A stretch of DNA of 64,000 nt from the human T2T-CHM13v2.0 reference genome, Homo sapiens: assembly GCF_009914755.1 (NCBI RefSeq), contig NC_060937.1; one strand, 5' to 3'. Positions 36,889 to 50,782 of this stretch are shown in pieces. The translations under genes and the position numbers were made by a program. A model generated the notes under the pieces. The model ran no database searches and was not told the origin of the DNA. It saw only the letters and a program-made list of their open reading frames with translations. Each line of letters starts with the position of its first letter. Within the stretch, counting starts at the first letter, position 1.

Positions 36889-37954
36889 CAGCTTAAGGAG
36901 ATTTTGGGCTGAGACGATGGCATTTTCTAAATATACAATCATGTCATCTGCAAATAGAGACAATTTGACTTCCTCTCTTCCTATTTGAATACGCTTTATT
37001 TCTTTCTCTTGCCTGATTGCCCTGGCCAGAACTTCCAGTACTATGTTGAATAGGAGACGAGGGCATCCTTATCTTGTGCCAGTTTTCAAAGAGAATGCTT
37101 CCAGCTTTTGCACATTCAGTATATTGGCTGTGGGTTTGTCATAAACAGCTCTTATTATTTTGAGATACATTCCATCAGTACCTAGTTTATTGAGAGTTTT
37201 TGGCATGAAGGGGTATTGAATTTTATCAAAGGCCTTTTCTGCATCTATCGAGATAATCATGTGGTTTTTGTCATTGGTTCTGTTTATGTGATGGATTACG
37301 TTTATTGATTTGCATATGCTGAACCAGCCTTGCATTCCTAGGGATGAAGCCAACTTGATCATGGTTTTTCGATGTGCTGCTGGATTCAATTTGCCAGTAT
37401 TTTATTGAGGATTTTTGCATCAATGTTCATCAGGCATATTGGCCTGAAATTTTCATTTTTTGTTGTGACTCTGCCAGGTTTTGGTATCAGGATGATGCTG
37501 GCCTCATAAAATGAGTTAGGGAGGAGTCCGTCTTTTTCTATTGTTTGTAATAGTTTCAGAAGGAATGGTACCAGCTCCTCTTTGTACCTCTGGTAGAATT
37601 TAGATGTGAATCCATCTGGTCCTGGGCTTTTTTTGGTTGGTAGGCTATGCTGGAAACCATTATTCTCAGCAAACTAACACAGGAACAGAGAACCAAACAC
37701 TGCATGTTCTCACTCACAAGTGGGAACTGAACAATGAGAACACCTGGACACAGGGAGGGGAACATCACACAGCAGTGCCTGTTGGAGGGTGGGGGGTTAA
37801 GGGAGGGATAGCATTAGGAGAAATACCTAATGTAGATGATGGGTTGATGGGTGCAGCAAACCACCATGGCACATGTATACCTATGTAACAAACCTGCATG
37901 TTCTGCACATGTATCTCAGAACTTAAAGTATAATTTTTTAAAAAATCAGAAAAA
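36889..37954 (+). mobile_element. 5'-inverted (twin-primed) L1PA fragment
   Basis: Minus-oriented ORF2 piece 36889-37648 joined to a plus-oriented 3' end from 37649; TSD aaaacatttt (36879, 37955) after TTT. Confidence 0.88.
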
Positions 37955-38107
37955 AAAACATTTTAGTGTGGCATTAATCCTAATACAATAAATATTGCCA
38001 CTCCTAATACAGTAAGTATTGCCACAGTAGTTAGCTCATTTCCCAGTCCTTTGAAGCCTTGGCTTGTTACTGTTTGGGAGAGGTTAGGTATGATGGAGAA
38101 CTCAGTC

Positions 38108-38400
38108 TTTTTTTTTCTTTTGCAACAGGGTCTTGCTCTGTAGCCCAGGCTGGAGTGCAGTGGCACAATCTCAGTTCACTTCAGCCTTGAACTCCTGGGC
38201 TCAGGCAATCCTTTCACCTCAGCCTTTCAAGTAGCTGGGACTACAGGCACATGCCACCATGCCTGGCTAATTTTATTTTTTGTAGTGACAGAGTTTCGCT
38301 ATGTTGCCTAGGCTGGTCTCACACTCCTAGGCTCAAGTGGTCCTCCCACCTCAGCCTCCCAAAGTGCTGAGATTACAGACTTGAGCCACTGTGCCCAGCC
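38108..38400 (-). mobile_element. AluJ
   Basis: Dimer. Confidence 0.85.
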
Positions 38401-38809
38401 TGAAAACTCTGTCTTTTCTTTTGATGTGAAGGGGGTTTTGTTTTATTTGTGTGTGTGTATATATGTCTGTCTGTGCTTTGGAACCACATAGGCTGCACTT
38501 TAACTATATCTGTTTTAGGGAAACTATGAGGAGGGGAAGATCACCACAGCCTTCTTGACTAAGCAGCTCTAAAAGATGAGGAAATATTGGGTCTGCCTTT
38601 CTCTAACTGTATTTATACACTGCTTCCCAAAGTGTCACAGAAGATTTTAAAAGTTTCCTGTGAAACTGTAGTACAGCCTGAATCTAGTTACACATCACTG
38701 ACATCCTATTACCTAGAGGCTAGCTGACCAGGAGTTAGGGTGTATTCTATTATTAAATCTATATATAGTTCATAGATTTTCAGAGCTACTTTGAAGGAAT
38801 ATGGGTCAA

Positions 38810-39335
38810 AAATGGCATTGGTCCACCCCTAAGTATATACCCAAAAGAATTGAAAACACATGTTCATACAAAAAAATTGTACACAAATGTTCATAGCAGC
38901 ATTATTCATAATAGTCAAAAAGTGGAAGCAACCCAAATGTCCATCAACAGATAGATGGATAAACAAAATGTGGTGTATCCATACAATGGAATATTTTTCA
39001 GCCATAAAAAGAGTACCAGTATATGCCACAACCTTGAAACCAACCTTGATGACCTATATGAACCAACCTTGAAAACATTATGCTAAAGAACCCAGTTACA
39101 AAAGACTCCATATTATATGATTCCATTTATATGGATATAGACAAATCCATAGAGACAGGAAGTATGTTAGTAGATAGGTGGAGGGAAGTGACTGCTACCC
39201 AAAAAAGGACAGGCTTTTTCTGAAATTAGGAATTAGGGGAAAGTTGCACAACTTTGTGAATACACTATAAGCCATTAGATTTTATACTTTGAAATGGTGA
39301 ATTTTACAGTATATGAATTATATCTCAATTTTTTT
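38810..39335 (+). mobile_element. L1M 3' fragment
   Basis: ORF2 C-terminal peptide MFIAALFIIVKKWKQPKCPS followed by L1M-like 3'UTR. Confidence 0.75.
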
Positions 39336-39870
39336 AATTCAAAAAATGATAACGTTCGGAAAATTTGTAAAGCATTGTCACTAGTGCTGGAAATAGCCAT
39401 CCCAAACCTAAGTGACATCCTCACCTGCCAGCACAATTAACCCTTCAATTATTTACTTAGACAACCATGTGTTAAAGGCAAGTTAAATATGTTAACTACT
39501 TACAGTTCTATTCAGCTCTTGCACGATGTCTCTGGGAAATCTCTGTTCTTGGGATAGCTTACTGATGGTGAAGTTACCATTGGCTCCAACTCTATAAACT
39601 CTTCCCTCAACACAAAGATCGTCTTCTCTTGGCTACTATATTTACTGAGACTAAGTGGCCTGCTTCATCTTCTACCAAATGTTCAATAAGCATTTCCGGG
39701 TCTACCCACTGAAGACAGAAGCATCGAGGTGAGGATTCCACTCAACAGAGCATTAGTCATATTGCACATAGTAGAAGATGAAGAGAAACCCGGGTCTTTT
39801 CACATATTCATTATTGCCCATATTTCTATTGTTAGACATCGAATGAAGACTTTGTTTTTTCCTTTTCCAG

Positions 39871-39957
39871 GGATATGGTTTTAAGCCTAAATATGATGGA
39901 GAAGATCTTGCTTACACAGTGAAAAATCTCAGACGTAGTACTAAGTATAAATTTAAG
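39871..39957 (+). CDS. FNDC3A: FNDC3A exon (GYGFKPKYDG...KYKFK)
   Basis: tccag / gtaagc; 87 nt. Confidence 0.95.
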
Positions 39958-40020
39958 GTAAGCTTTGAAAACCCTTAAACGATTTGTTCCTTGTTCCTAT
40001 TCTTACTGGTGTGGTGGGGT

Positions 40021-40329
40021 TCTTTGTTTTCTGTTTGTTTGTTTGTTTGTTTTTTGAGACGGGCTCTTACTCTGTCACCCAGGCTGCTGCAGTGGCACAA
40101 TCATGGCTCACTGCAGCCACAACCTCCTGGGCTCAAGTCATCCTCCCACCTCAGCTTCCCAAGCAGCTGAGACCACAGGTGCATGCCACCACACCTGGCT
40201 AACTTATTTTGTAGAGACGAGGTTTCACCATCTTGCCCAGGCTGGTCTCACACTCCTCGGTTCAAGTGATCTTCCTGCCTCGGCCTCCCAGAGTTCTGGG
40301 ATTACAGACACAAGCCACTGCACCCAACC
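40021..40329 (-). mobile_element. AluJ
   Basis: Dimer with (TTTG)n tail. Confidence 0.85.
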
Positions 40330-42050
40330 TCTATTCTTACTGTTTTAAAGACAAGTATATACTTCACTCCTTTGGTTTTAGATCTTAAATAATGTTGACC
40401 TTTTCTAGTGAGCTTTTTTGTTTTACTTTGTTATATAGCGGTGCTTCTCAAACTTTATATATTTAACAACCAATTTATATGGCTCTTATTTGTGTAATGT
40501 GACCAAACATCTTTTAAAATATGAATGTTAGAACATACTAAGTATATGCTTTGTTGGCAGGGATATCACAGAAAATAATGCTACATTTTTCTCAATGTAG
40601 CATATCAAGTGGTGTATAATTTCAATTTGTCTTATTACTGGTAGTCACTTGATAAAGCCTGTATCTACCATATTCTTCTCATATTTATAATAACTGTAAA
40701 GTTATTCTTTTTTGTTTGTAATTAATAAGTATTTTGTAAATACTGTGTACCCTGTGAGCATCTTGTTCCTCATCAAACTTTCATCCATAGTTTTAACACC
40801 CATTGGTGATACTTGCCTAAATCAATTATTACCATGATTGATGGTGCCAAGTGGTGATTTTTAAAATTTTATCATTTTTTCTACATTCATTAGTTGGTAT
40901 TATACTGTAAGGAAAGAAAGACTTTCTCTTCTCCCCATTTATATCAGTATGTACTCATGGAAGTCTGTTAAATGGCTTATATTTTGTTACTTTGATTATT
41001 GTGAGGCTCAAATTGTCCCAGATTTGGGATCCCCTACAAGCTGGCTTCAGAATCCTTTTGACATGTCTCTCATTCTTTGAGCCCTTCCTTTCTGGCACAA
41101 GATTTCTAGTCTCATCTTAAACTTTACCTTCTTCAACTCTGGAATTGGCCATTTCTCAAAGCACCAGGATCCTTTTAGTGGACAGTGATATTTAGGAATC
41201 AAGATCTAGATACTAAGTATACTTAATTGCCATAGAGGTTTTACTGCTCCTGAGCACCCTCCCAATGGACACAGCTAGGAACTATATGTGTGTATATGTT
41301 TAGTTTATATACAGATATTTATACATGTGTATATACATAAATAGACAATTACAACACAGATACATATCTGTGTCTCTGTATCTCTGTATTTTTAAAAATC
41401 ATGAGTTCACACCAGATACCTTCAATTCTAATCCAGTGCCACAGGTTAATTTTAGTTTTCCCCTGTCCTTATTTCTAACTTCCTTCATCATCAGTGAGAA
41501 ACTTTGCTCATTAGTTGATAAATTCAACATTTAAATTTTCCTGCCAGTGCTTATTTAATCAAACCATTTCAAATAAATGATAAAAGCCACTGTAAATTGT
41601 TTTCACTATTAAAAAGCAAAGAAATTTTATTACTTCTTGAGAATCTTAAGTCTTTAGCAATGGGAAATTTGATTATTTAGCACATAATAATTGTTATGCT
41701 TTATTTTATGCTATTAGCTTCATTTTAAAAACTTATAATAATGCTATGTCAATTTAATTTCTAAATATGATTTTCATATTTACAAGATTTATAAAATACC
41801 TGAGAAATAGGCACATCCATTCCAGTTTTGTGATGATATTGGATTGTATTTTTGCTTCATTAATGAAGCATTCCAACAGGTCTCCTAAAGAGGAAGTTGT
41901 TAATGTCTTTGTAATTTGTTAAGTTTATGAAAATCCTAAAATTCTACTACCATGTAACACCATGGTATTATAGGGACTGAAATGGATACAAATATACATA
42001 TGTGTTAAATTCCTTAGCATTCTACTATAAGCTAATCAAATTTCTATTTA

Positions 42051-42385
42051 GGCCAGGCATGGTGGCTCACACCTGTAATCCCAACTACTCGGGAGTCTGA
42101 GGCACAAGAACTGCTTGAACCTGGGAGGCAAATGTTGCAGTCAGCCAAGATTATGCCACTGCACTCCCGACTGGGCAATACAGCGAGATTCTGTCTCAAA
42201 AAAAAAAAAAATTTGTTTTTTCTATTTAAAAGCCACCAGGCATGGTAGCTCACGCTTGTAATAATCCCAACACTTTCGGAGGCTGAGACAGGAGGATCAT
42301 ATGAGCCCAGGATTTCAAGGCTGTAGTGAGCTATGATCGTGTCACTGCACTCCAGCCTAGGCAGCAGAGCAAGACCCCATCTCTT
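42051..42385 (+). mobile_element. Two Alu monomers (FRAM/FAM-like; about 42051-42211 and 42236-42385)
   Basis: Two monomer-length 7SL-derived units. Confidence 0.75.
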
Positions 42386-43275
42386 AATAATATTAACTAA
42401 TTAATTAAAGTGTGTTTCACTATGGTGGTCACTGTCAAATTTCAGGGGAGGGAGAAGTATACAGTCAGAATCTCCAAGGAGACAGTAGGCTGTTGCACAA
42501 AATTCTCCCAGATAATGAGGTTGGAGATGGGAAAACAATATGTCTGAAAGCCACCTCTTTACTCATCACTGGATAAAAGGAAGGGGGCTATATTCTGGCT
42601 TATTAAGATGTGGAGCAATAGTTCTCAAAGTAGTCAGCAGGCCATTTTGTCAGTATCGCCTGAGAACTTGTTAGAAATGTAAATTCTCTGGCCCTGCCCC
42701 TCCCCACCCCCATCTACTAAATTAGAAATTTGGGGGGCAGAGGCCTAGCAGTCTGTTGTGGTATACTTCTAAGTAATTCTGATCCTTGCCAAAATTTGGA
42801 AACAACTGATCTAGAGGAGGAAAAAAAAACAGGAAGTAGAAAATGATGCTTGTATGAAGTTCTAGGAGCTCAGACACTTATTTTAAATCTGCCATGTGCA
42901 GGGAACCCAGCTTGAGGGCATTTTGAATCATTAAATCCTATTGTTGTGTCTTGGTCTTCCTTTTCTAGCTAGATATTGCAGATTCTTTCAAACAGTCGTA
43001 TCAAAATAAAATCTTAATATTTTAGAGAGATCTTAGAACACTTTGAGAAAAGCTACAAAAAAAAAATAATCCAGGAAGTAATGACTAAGTAGCATATTAT
43101 TATTCTGAAGAAACAATAAGAATATGATTAATGTAAAGTGAACTACTAATATGACCAAGTTTACCAAATACTAGAGCTCTAGGTTCTACACTGAGGACAA
43201 TTCTGGGATAACCAAAATACTAAAACAAGATAAGAACAGTGAAAAAATTTAAATGATAAAGAAGAATGAAAATAA

Positions 43276-43591
<316 letters not shown>

Positions 43592-45184
43592 AAAAATAAA
43601 ATTTTAAAGCACAGCAAAGCAGTCAGAATTCTTTAAAATTATTTAAAATTAAGAGTTATAAGCAATTCTAATTTCATCTAATGGTTCACTGAAGGCTGGG
43701 CTAGGACCTGGTGTCTAAATTTTTTTTTAAACGATCAAAGCCTTCAGAGCCGAGTGGCCAGTCCTATAATCCTAGGCCACTAGAAAACTGAATTTCCTGA
43801 ATTTTCTGAAAAAGTTTTTCAAGTAGAAAGCCTTCTGGGATTTTTTTTTCTTTTTTTTTTTCCAGTCCCCACTTTGGATGTAGTAAGGCTTCTAAAGGTC
43901 AAGTTATCTTGAGCTAAGAACCTTTAGATACTTTCACTTTCAGCTTATTCCTTGTTTTTTGAGGTCTTTTTATAGGTAAAGAGAAATCAAAACAGCTTCT
44001 ATCTGGCTCCGTTAACTACTTTTATGTTCCATCCTTGAAATTCATTTATGTCAGCATCTGTTACAGTACATAGTATGTAGTCATGTTTTCTTCCTCTCAT
44101 CTTATCTGGTGTCACTTCTGCCCTAAGTGTGCCCTAGCTAAGTCCTTAGGTCTTCTTGGTGTATCCCTCTCTTGCTTGGATATACCATCTTTTTGCCTTC
44201 CATTTCTGTCTTGAAGAATACTAAATCTTCAAACATATTATGTATATAACTGCCTTCAGGCTCTTTTTTCACCTTCCAATCCAGGTTCTTTTCTATACCT
44301 AGATTAATCTTTCTGAAAAACACCTTTCCCTCTAAGAAACAATTTCCTTAGTTTGATATAAGATTCTTTATATTTCTGTTCAGTTTTTAAAATTTACTAC
44401 CTTCCAGTCCATACTTGAACCAGCTACCTCACCAGATTAACTACTCATCTCTCCCTGAGCAGAGCTCACTGTTCACTATTCACTTGTGCTCTTATGTACA
44501 GGGCTTTCTGTTTTTTCTCTTACCCAAGCTTCCCCTTTGATTGCTGTTGCCCAGGAAGACTCCATAACACTTCCATTTCCCTTTTCAAAGCCTTCCTAAA
44601 CCATTTTAGGCCTTAGTAATCTTTGTCCTCCTGCCCCATTCTTTTGATATGCATATTGCTTATCTTCTGCATGAAGATTCTAAATTCCTTCAAGGTACAA
44701 TCTGCTCACACAGGGTTCCTAGCACAGTGCTCCTTATGTGATAGGCACTAAATGAACATTTTGATTATTTGTAAAATTTGGGTGGGGGGAGATTATCTTT
44801 TTGACTTTATACCTTTAATTACCTTTATGACTAGAAGGTGCTTTACAGTAAAAGGAGACAATGTTGAACTATAGAGCCTTAAAAACATAATTAAATGAAT
44901 ATAGTTTTTAGGAGGACTCTTCTGGTTAAAAGGTTTAAGTAGATTCTGTGCACAACATTGAGAAGTGTTTTAAACCCATTTGTAGTCTCATTTATAAAGG
45001 AGTAGAGTAAGAAAACATCCTGAAAATCCATGTGACTGTGAGAGGACTGAGGAAGCCTGAGCAAAATTGAACAATTGGACTAAACTTTACTGAGTTCTGA
45101 TGGGCTCTGTGATTTATTTGGGGTGGTAGATTTACTCATATCCTTGTGTATGGTGTTATATAACATCATAGTCCCCATCTATGA

Positions 45185-46460
45185 GTCATTCATTCAACCA
45201 ATATCTGTTGAGCATCTACTCTCTGCTAAGCATTGTTCTAAACACTAAGACTACAACAGATATTCTGATGAGGGGAGTGGACAATAAATAAGCAAACAAA
45301 TAGATTGTGGTGAGTGCAATGCAGGTTAATTAAAATAGAATGGGGTAAGAGAGAATGACTGGGTAGTTAAGGAAGTCTTCTTGGAAATGACATTTAAACA
45401 GATCTGAGTAACAAGGAAGTAACATGTCAAAATCAGAAAAACATTCCAAGTGAGGAAATAACTGCTAGCACAAAGACCCTACAGTGGAGTTTCAAGAGGT
45501 AGTTAAGGATGAAATCACATAGGGCCTTGTAGGCATGGTGTGGAATTTAGATTTTATTTTGAGTAAGATGGGAAGCCATTAGAGGGTTCTGAGCTAAGCA
45601 GTGATAAAAAGTCCCTCTGGCTTCGGTGTAGAAAGTAGTTGGGGGTCAAGGGCAAGAATGTACACTGGGAAACTAGCTAGTGGTATAATTACAGTCACTC
45701 AGGAAAGATAGGAGAAAGGAGGCTTTCATTAAAGTGGTCGTAGTTGTAGAACAGTGAAGTGGAGGTAAAGTTAACCAGATATAGTAAGAGATTGGATGCG
45801 GTTTAGAGAAGAATCAAGGATGTCTCCTTTTTGTAAGGTCAACCGAGAGGAAGAATAGACCCAAAGTCAGCCGAGTAAGTTTATTGAACCTGCCGGCTGC
45901 TCCACTACAGACAGAGGAGGAAGCCCTGAGCTTATAAAATGAGGGGTTTATATTGGGGAGAGAGACCCTGGGGTCGTTTGTTGGTTAACTTTATCATATA
46001 TCACCTTGTGACATTTGTGGTAGCAGCTAAATGAAGGAACTTACAGGTAGGTGTAGGTAAAGCTTGTTTGTGCTTCCCACGACCTCCCCCTGTGCGGTCC
46101 CAATGGCCTGTAATTGGGATTTGCTTATCACAGCAAGGCCTGATAGGTGAAGTCTGCTGGCTTCATTGTGGCGCCTAGATAAGGGCTTAGAAATGTAAAG
46201 GGGCTCAGAGGGAAAGGTGGGCAGCACAGAGAAGAGTTGCAGAGCATAAGGGGGAGGGGGGTGGGCAGCATGGAGAGGTTTGAGGGGAGCGTCAGCAGTA
46301 CCAAGATTTTTTGGGGCAGTTTGTCTCTAACACTTTTGACTTGAGCAACTAGGTAGATGGTAGAGCTTTTTACTGTGGGGAGAGAAAAAGAGGGGCAGGT
46401 TTAGAGAAGAAAAAATCATGGTTTGATATTGGACTTGATCTTTAAGTTCAGTAGAGGAGA
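45185..46460. mobile_element. L2 relic split by the solo LTR (similar L2 relics near 300-680 and 1940-2400)
   Basis: cattcattca terminus; ttttattttgagtaagatgggaagccattagagggtt motif. Confidence 0.6.
45832..46332 (-). mobile_element. Solo ERV LTR (probably ERVL class) inside an L2 relic
   Basis: TG...CA ends, 5-bp TSD ctttt; minus-strand TATAAA (45947-45952) and AATAAA (45880-45885). Confidence 0.8.
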
Positions 46461-46519
46461 AAATGTAACAATACAGGTATAGTTAAATTTCTATAATAGA
46501 AAAATACCTAGATTGGAAT

Positions 46520-46928
46520 TATATTTCTCTATTGCTTTATAACAAATTATCCCAAAATTTAGCAGCTTGAAAAAACAAACTTATAGTTTCTGTGGGTCAG
46601 GAATTGAGAACCAGCTTAACTGGGTAATTCTGATGCAGGGTCTCTATGAGGTTGTAATCAAGATGTCAACTGGGGTTGCAGTCATCTCAAGGCTCTCCTG
46701 GGACTTCACTCACTTTCAGGTTCACTCACATGGTTGTCTCCAGGAACCCTCAGTTCCTCACCACATGAGTTTTTCCATAGGGAAGTTACACACACCGTCA
46801 TTTCTGCTGTATTCTGTTTGTTAGAGTGAGTCATTAAGTATAACACACACACAAGGGAAGGGGGATTAGACTTCACCTTTTGAAGAAAGGAGATTCAGAG
46901 AATGTGTGGACCTCTTTCTAAACTCACA
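46520..46928 (-). mobile_element. Old MLT1 LTR relic
   Basis: taacaaattatcccaaaatttagcagctt...gggtcaggaatt motifs. Confidence 0.6.
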
Positions 46929-47263
46929 AAGAATGTTAAAAGAAGAAACAAAGCAAGCCTAAAGCCCATGAAGAATCACCAGATTATAGCTTGTTCCTCT
47001 GATTCTTATTTAGTATCAAAATATTAGGTTTTACACTTGTATTCCCAGGACGGACTCTAAAAGGGGAAGTACAGTTGCATACTCTTCATATATGCCAAGT
47101 ATCTATTGGAGACAAGCAATTCTCAAAGAACAAGCCATTCCAAGCTAAAAAAAATGTATTTTATCATTTGGTTGAAGCTGTTTGTCTCCTATCACTTTGT
47201 TTATTAAGCCAGTATCATTAGGTATCAAGTGTATTATTTAATGTCTTTCTGTTCTCATCACAG

Positions 47264-47402
47264 GTTATTGCTTACAACTCAGAAGGTAAAAGTAATCCAA
47301 GTGAAGTAGTAGAATTTACTACTTGCCCTGATAAACCAGGCATACCTGTAAAGCCTTCAGTGAAAGGAAAGATACATTCACACAGTTTTAAAATAACCTG
47401 GG
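47264..47402 (+). CDS. FNDC3A: FNDC3A exon (VIAYNSEGKS...FKITW)
   Basis: cacag / gtaaga; 139 nt. Confidence 0.95.
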
Positions 47403-47855
47403 GTAAGATATTATGCATGTTTATACATTATTACTTTTGCGTTTGATTAAAATAATTTGAATATGAAGATAATTTTTAAGATATTTGAGTAAATTTGTTA
47501 TCTCAAGCCAGTCCAAAAAGAAATGTGAGAGTCATTCATTGGGTATGTTTTTTGTGGAAAACCTTATACTCATACATGCTAGGTTAAGATATGATAAAAA
47601 GGAACTTGCGATCCACTGTAAGATAATGAGCAGGGGTAGCACTGTGAAATGAAGGATTACTGAACTTGCAGCTAAAGTCACCTGGGTCATCTGGCTCTCG
47701 TAAGAAATGAAAACCATTCATTTAAAACAAACATTTATCGAGCACCTACCTACATACCTAATGGAAAAACAAAGATCCCATAAACTTGACCCTTGCCTGA
47801 AAAATTCAGACCAATAAAAATGCTTCAATGATATTTATAATATTCAAAAATTTCA

Positions 47856-48197
<342 letters not shown>

Positions 48198-48419
48198 TCA
48201 TGCAGCCATTAAAAATTGTTATAGAGAGCCATATTTTAAATATGGTAAATTAAGTGAAAAGCAGATGACAACAGCATGGAGTAATTGGGTACTGGTATTA
48301 AGTCATTGCAGGTGATTTTTTTTTTTTAAACCTAGTTTGGTATTCTGTTTATTAGGTTTTTTTTATCATTTTTATGTTGTTTTGTACCTTGCCTAATACT
48401 ACTTTGCTTCTTTGGATAG

Positions 48420-48488
48420 ATCCACCAAAAGACAATGGCGGAGCAACCATCAATAAATATGTAGTGGAGATGGCAGAAGGTTCTAACG
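48420..48488 (+). CDS. FNDC3A: FNDC3A exon (DPPKDNGGATINKYVVEMAEGSN)
   Basis: gatag / gtatga; 69 nt, phase 1 to 1. Confidence 0.95.
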
Positions 48489-48641
48489 GTATGAATGGAT
48501 ATTAAACACTGATAGATTTATTCCAGCCAGTCTCTTTCTATTCTTTATGGCTTTACATTTTATGTCATATCTTTTCTTTCTTCTTGCTTTTCATAAGGTA
48601 CACCATAAAAAGATGTTCACTTCACTTTGGGTTGTCCTGGA

Positions 48642-49049
48642 TTTTTTTTTTTTTAATGTCATAAGTTTATTGACAAACATATCTAGTACGCCATATGAGT
48701 TCAAGTTTGATCCACTTCCAGAGGCTGTACCTCTTAAAATGCTCTTCATATCTGTTAATGGATGAACTGAAACATCCTTATGTTTTAAGTAGTTGTTGTC
48801 TTACTACAAGAAAGGGTGTAGCAAATGCAGATCCAAAGTACAAACACATCTTAGCTAGTAACGACCACTTGTTTTCCACTGAAAATGGCAAATTCTTCCC
48901 AGGGCCCTCCTCACAGTGGCTCCTACGGACCACAGAGGTTGTGAACCTCCGGATGCTCTGGCCCAACGTAGCGCTGCTGGAAGCTCTGCGAAAGGCACAG
49001 AAACCGAGGACGGATGAAATGGCGGCACCTCACCAAGACCTTTTTTTTT
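48642..49049 (-). pseudogene. COX7CP1: COX7C processed pseudogene
   Basis: ORF 48778-48966 is a near-identical, intronless COX7C; start codon is ACG (48969-48967); AATAAA at 48666-48671; poly(A); TSD tcctggatttt at 48635 and 49050; symbol from memory. Confidence 0.9.
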
Positions 49050-49813
49050 TCCTGGATTTTTTTTTTCTTTGTTTGTAGCAGTTAGGATTTTGCCTGTTAT
49101 GATCCACTTTAAATTGTGATTTCCAGAAATACAGTGAATCAAATGTAAGAGTGCTGAACAACTGTATCGTTGCATTTACATGTTCTTTTTGTTCTCGTTT
49201 ATTTACATTGCTCAGCCTCTATACACCTAGACCAAGTCATTAGATACTATGAATCTTCTGAAGGTTAGTTTATTCAGTTAGATTTATATACAGATATATC
49301 AGAGAAGGATTAACTTCTAAAATTTAACTCACATCATACTAGTTTTAGTAGTAAGTTTTATGACTAGTGAACTTTATTCTTGAATCACACATTTAGCAGT
49401 GTTTATTTCTATGAAATGACCTATTTCCTGCCAAAAAGAAAAAAAAGATGTCTTTTAATTAGGACTAGACTTCCTCTGATACTGGTTTTTTGTACTCTTT
49501 GTATGCTATAACGTTATTACTGGACCAGTAAACACATTTAAAATGCTTAATTAAAAGTAAATTATCAATCTAGGCCAAAGTCTGTACAGAGTTACAGAGA
49601 TATTTCACTTCCACAAAGCCATGCAGACTTGTCTAGGAAGCTGCACACATAAAGAAAATTAGATCATTTCCAGGAAACCGAAACAAACCTAAATTGTTTC
49701 TGACAAATTACACAAATACTTACTTTGTGAAGCTAGGATACCTGATGTGTCCATGATACCAGAACGTTAAACATTACCTAGTATCTGATTGAACACAATT
49801 CCTCACCTTACAG

Positions 49814-49932
49814 GAAACAAATGGGAAATGATATACAGTGGTGCTACCAGGGAACATCTTTGTGATCGACTGAATCCAGGCTGTTTCTATCGTTTACGAG
49901 TTTACTGCATCAGTGATGGAGGACAGAGTGCG
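49814..49932 (+). CDS. FNDC3A: FNDC3A exon (GNKWEMIYSG...GGQSA)
   Basis: tacag / gtaata; inside ORF 49789-49989. Confidence 0.95.
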
Positions 49933-50463
49933 GTAATACTTATATGTAGATTCTTTTGTGTTGTTATTAAGTTTGGCCAAATGGGGTAGGATCACCAGGT
50001 GCCACTTCAAATATTGAAACATATCCACAAATGGAGAAAAGTAACTTCTGTAACCTGTTGGGTTAATTTGATAGTGACCAAAATATTCTAATGTGGTACT
50101 TAGCTCACAGTAAGTATTCAGTGTGTGTCTGTTGTCTGGTTGGTATTCAGCTTTGGAAAAACAAATACATGAAAACATTGGAGAAAATTTTATAAAGATA
50201 AATTTGAGAATGATGCTCAATAACCATACTAAGCAGAGATAGAAATAAAATAATTATAGACCGATTTACTGCTCCATAAATTATGTGTGTGAGGACACAT
50301 CATAAAATAGTATCTGCTGTTTAATCTACTTTCTAATATTTACTTACTTCAAAAAAGTTGGCCATTATTTTATTATTAGAGACTCAATAACCAAAATGAA
50401 CTTAAAATGTACCATTGATATAAAGACATAATGTTCTAGGGATGTATGTTTATTAATGAGTGA

Positions 50464-50782
50464 TTTTTTTTTTTTTTTGGGAAACAGAGTCTCACTCTGT
50501 CGCCCAGGCTGGAGTGCAGTGGCACGATTGGGGCTCACTGCAACCTCTGCCTCCTGGGTTCTGCAACCTCTGCCTCCTGGGTTCAAGAATTCTCCTGCTT
50601 CAGCCTCCCTAGTAGCTGGGACTACAGGCGCCCCCCACCACAACTGGCTAATTTTTGTATTTTTAGTAGAGACGGGGTTTTACCATGTTGGCCAGGCTGG
50701 CCTCGAACTCCTGACTTCGTGATCCACCGGCCTCAGCCTCCCACAGTGCTGGGATTACAGGCATGAGCCACCGCACCCGGCC
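50464..50782 (-). mobile_element. AluS with internal 23-bp duplication
   Basis: TSD agtgatttt; ctgcaacctctgcctcctgggtt occurs twice. Confidence 0.9.

Noticed and set aside
37979-38025. Short direct repeats (also near 6890, 39030, 53004) as an array or CRISPR
   Set aside because: Two or three copies with no spacer structure; slippage duplications in eukaryotic DNA
39340-39830. Non-repetitive intronic stretch as a cryptic exon or ncRNA
   Set aside because: No recognisable ORF, RNA motif or structure; would need conservation data
48695-49175. 127-aa and 106-aa ORFs
   Set aside because: Alternative frame or strand of the COX7C retrocopy
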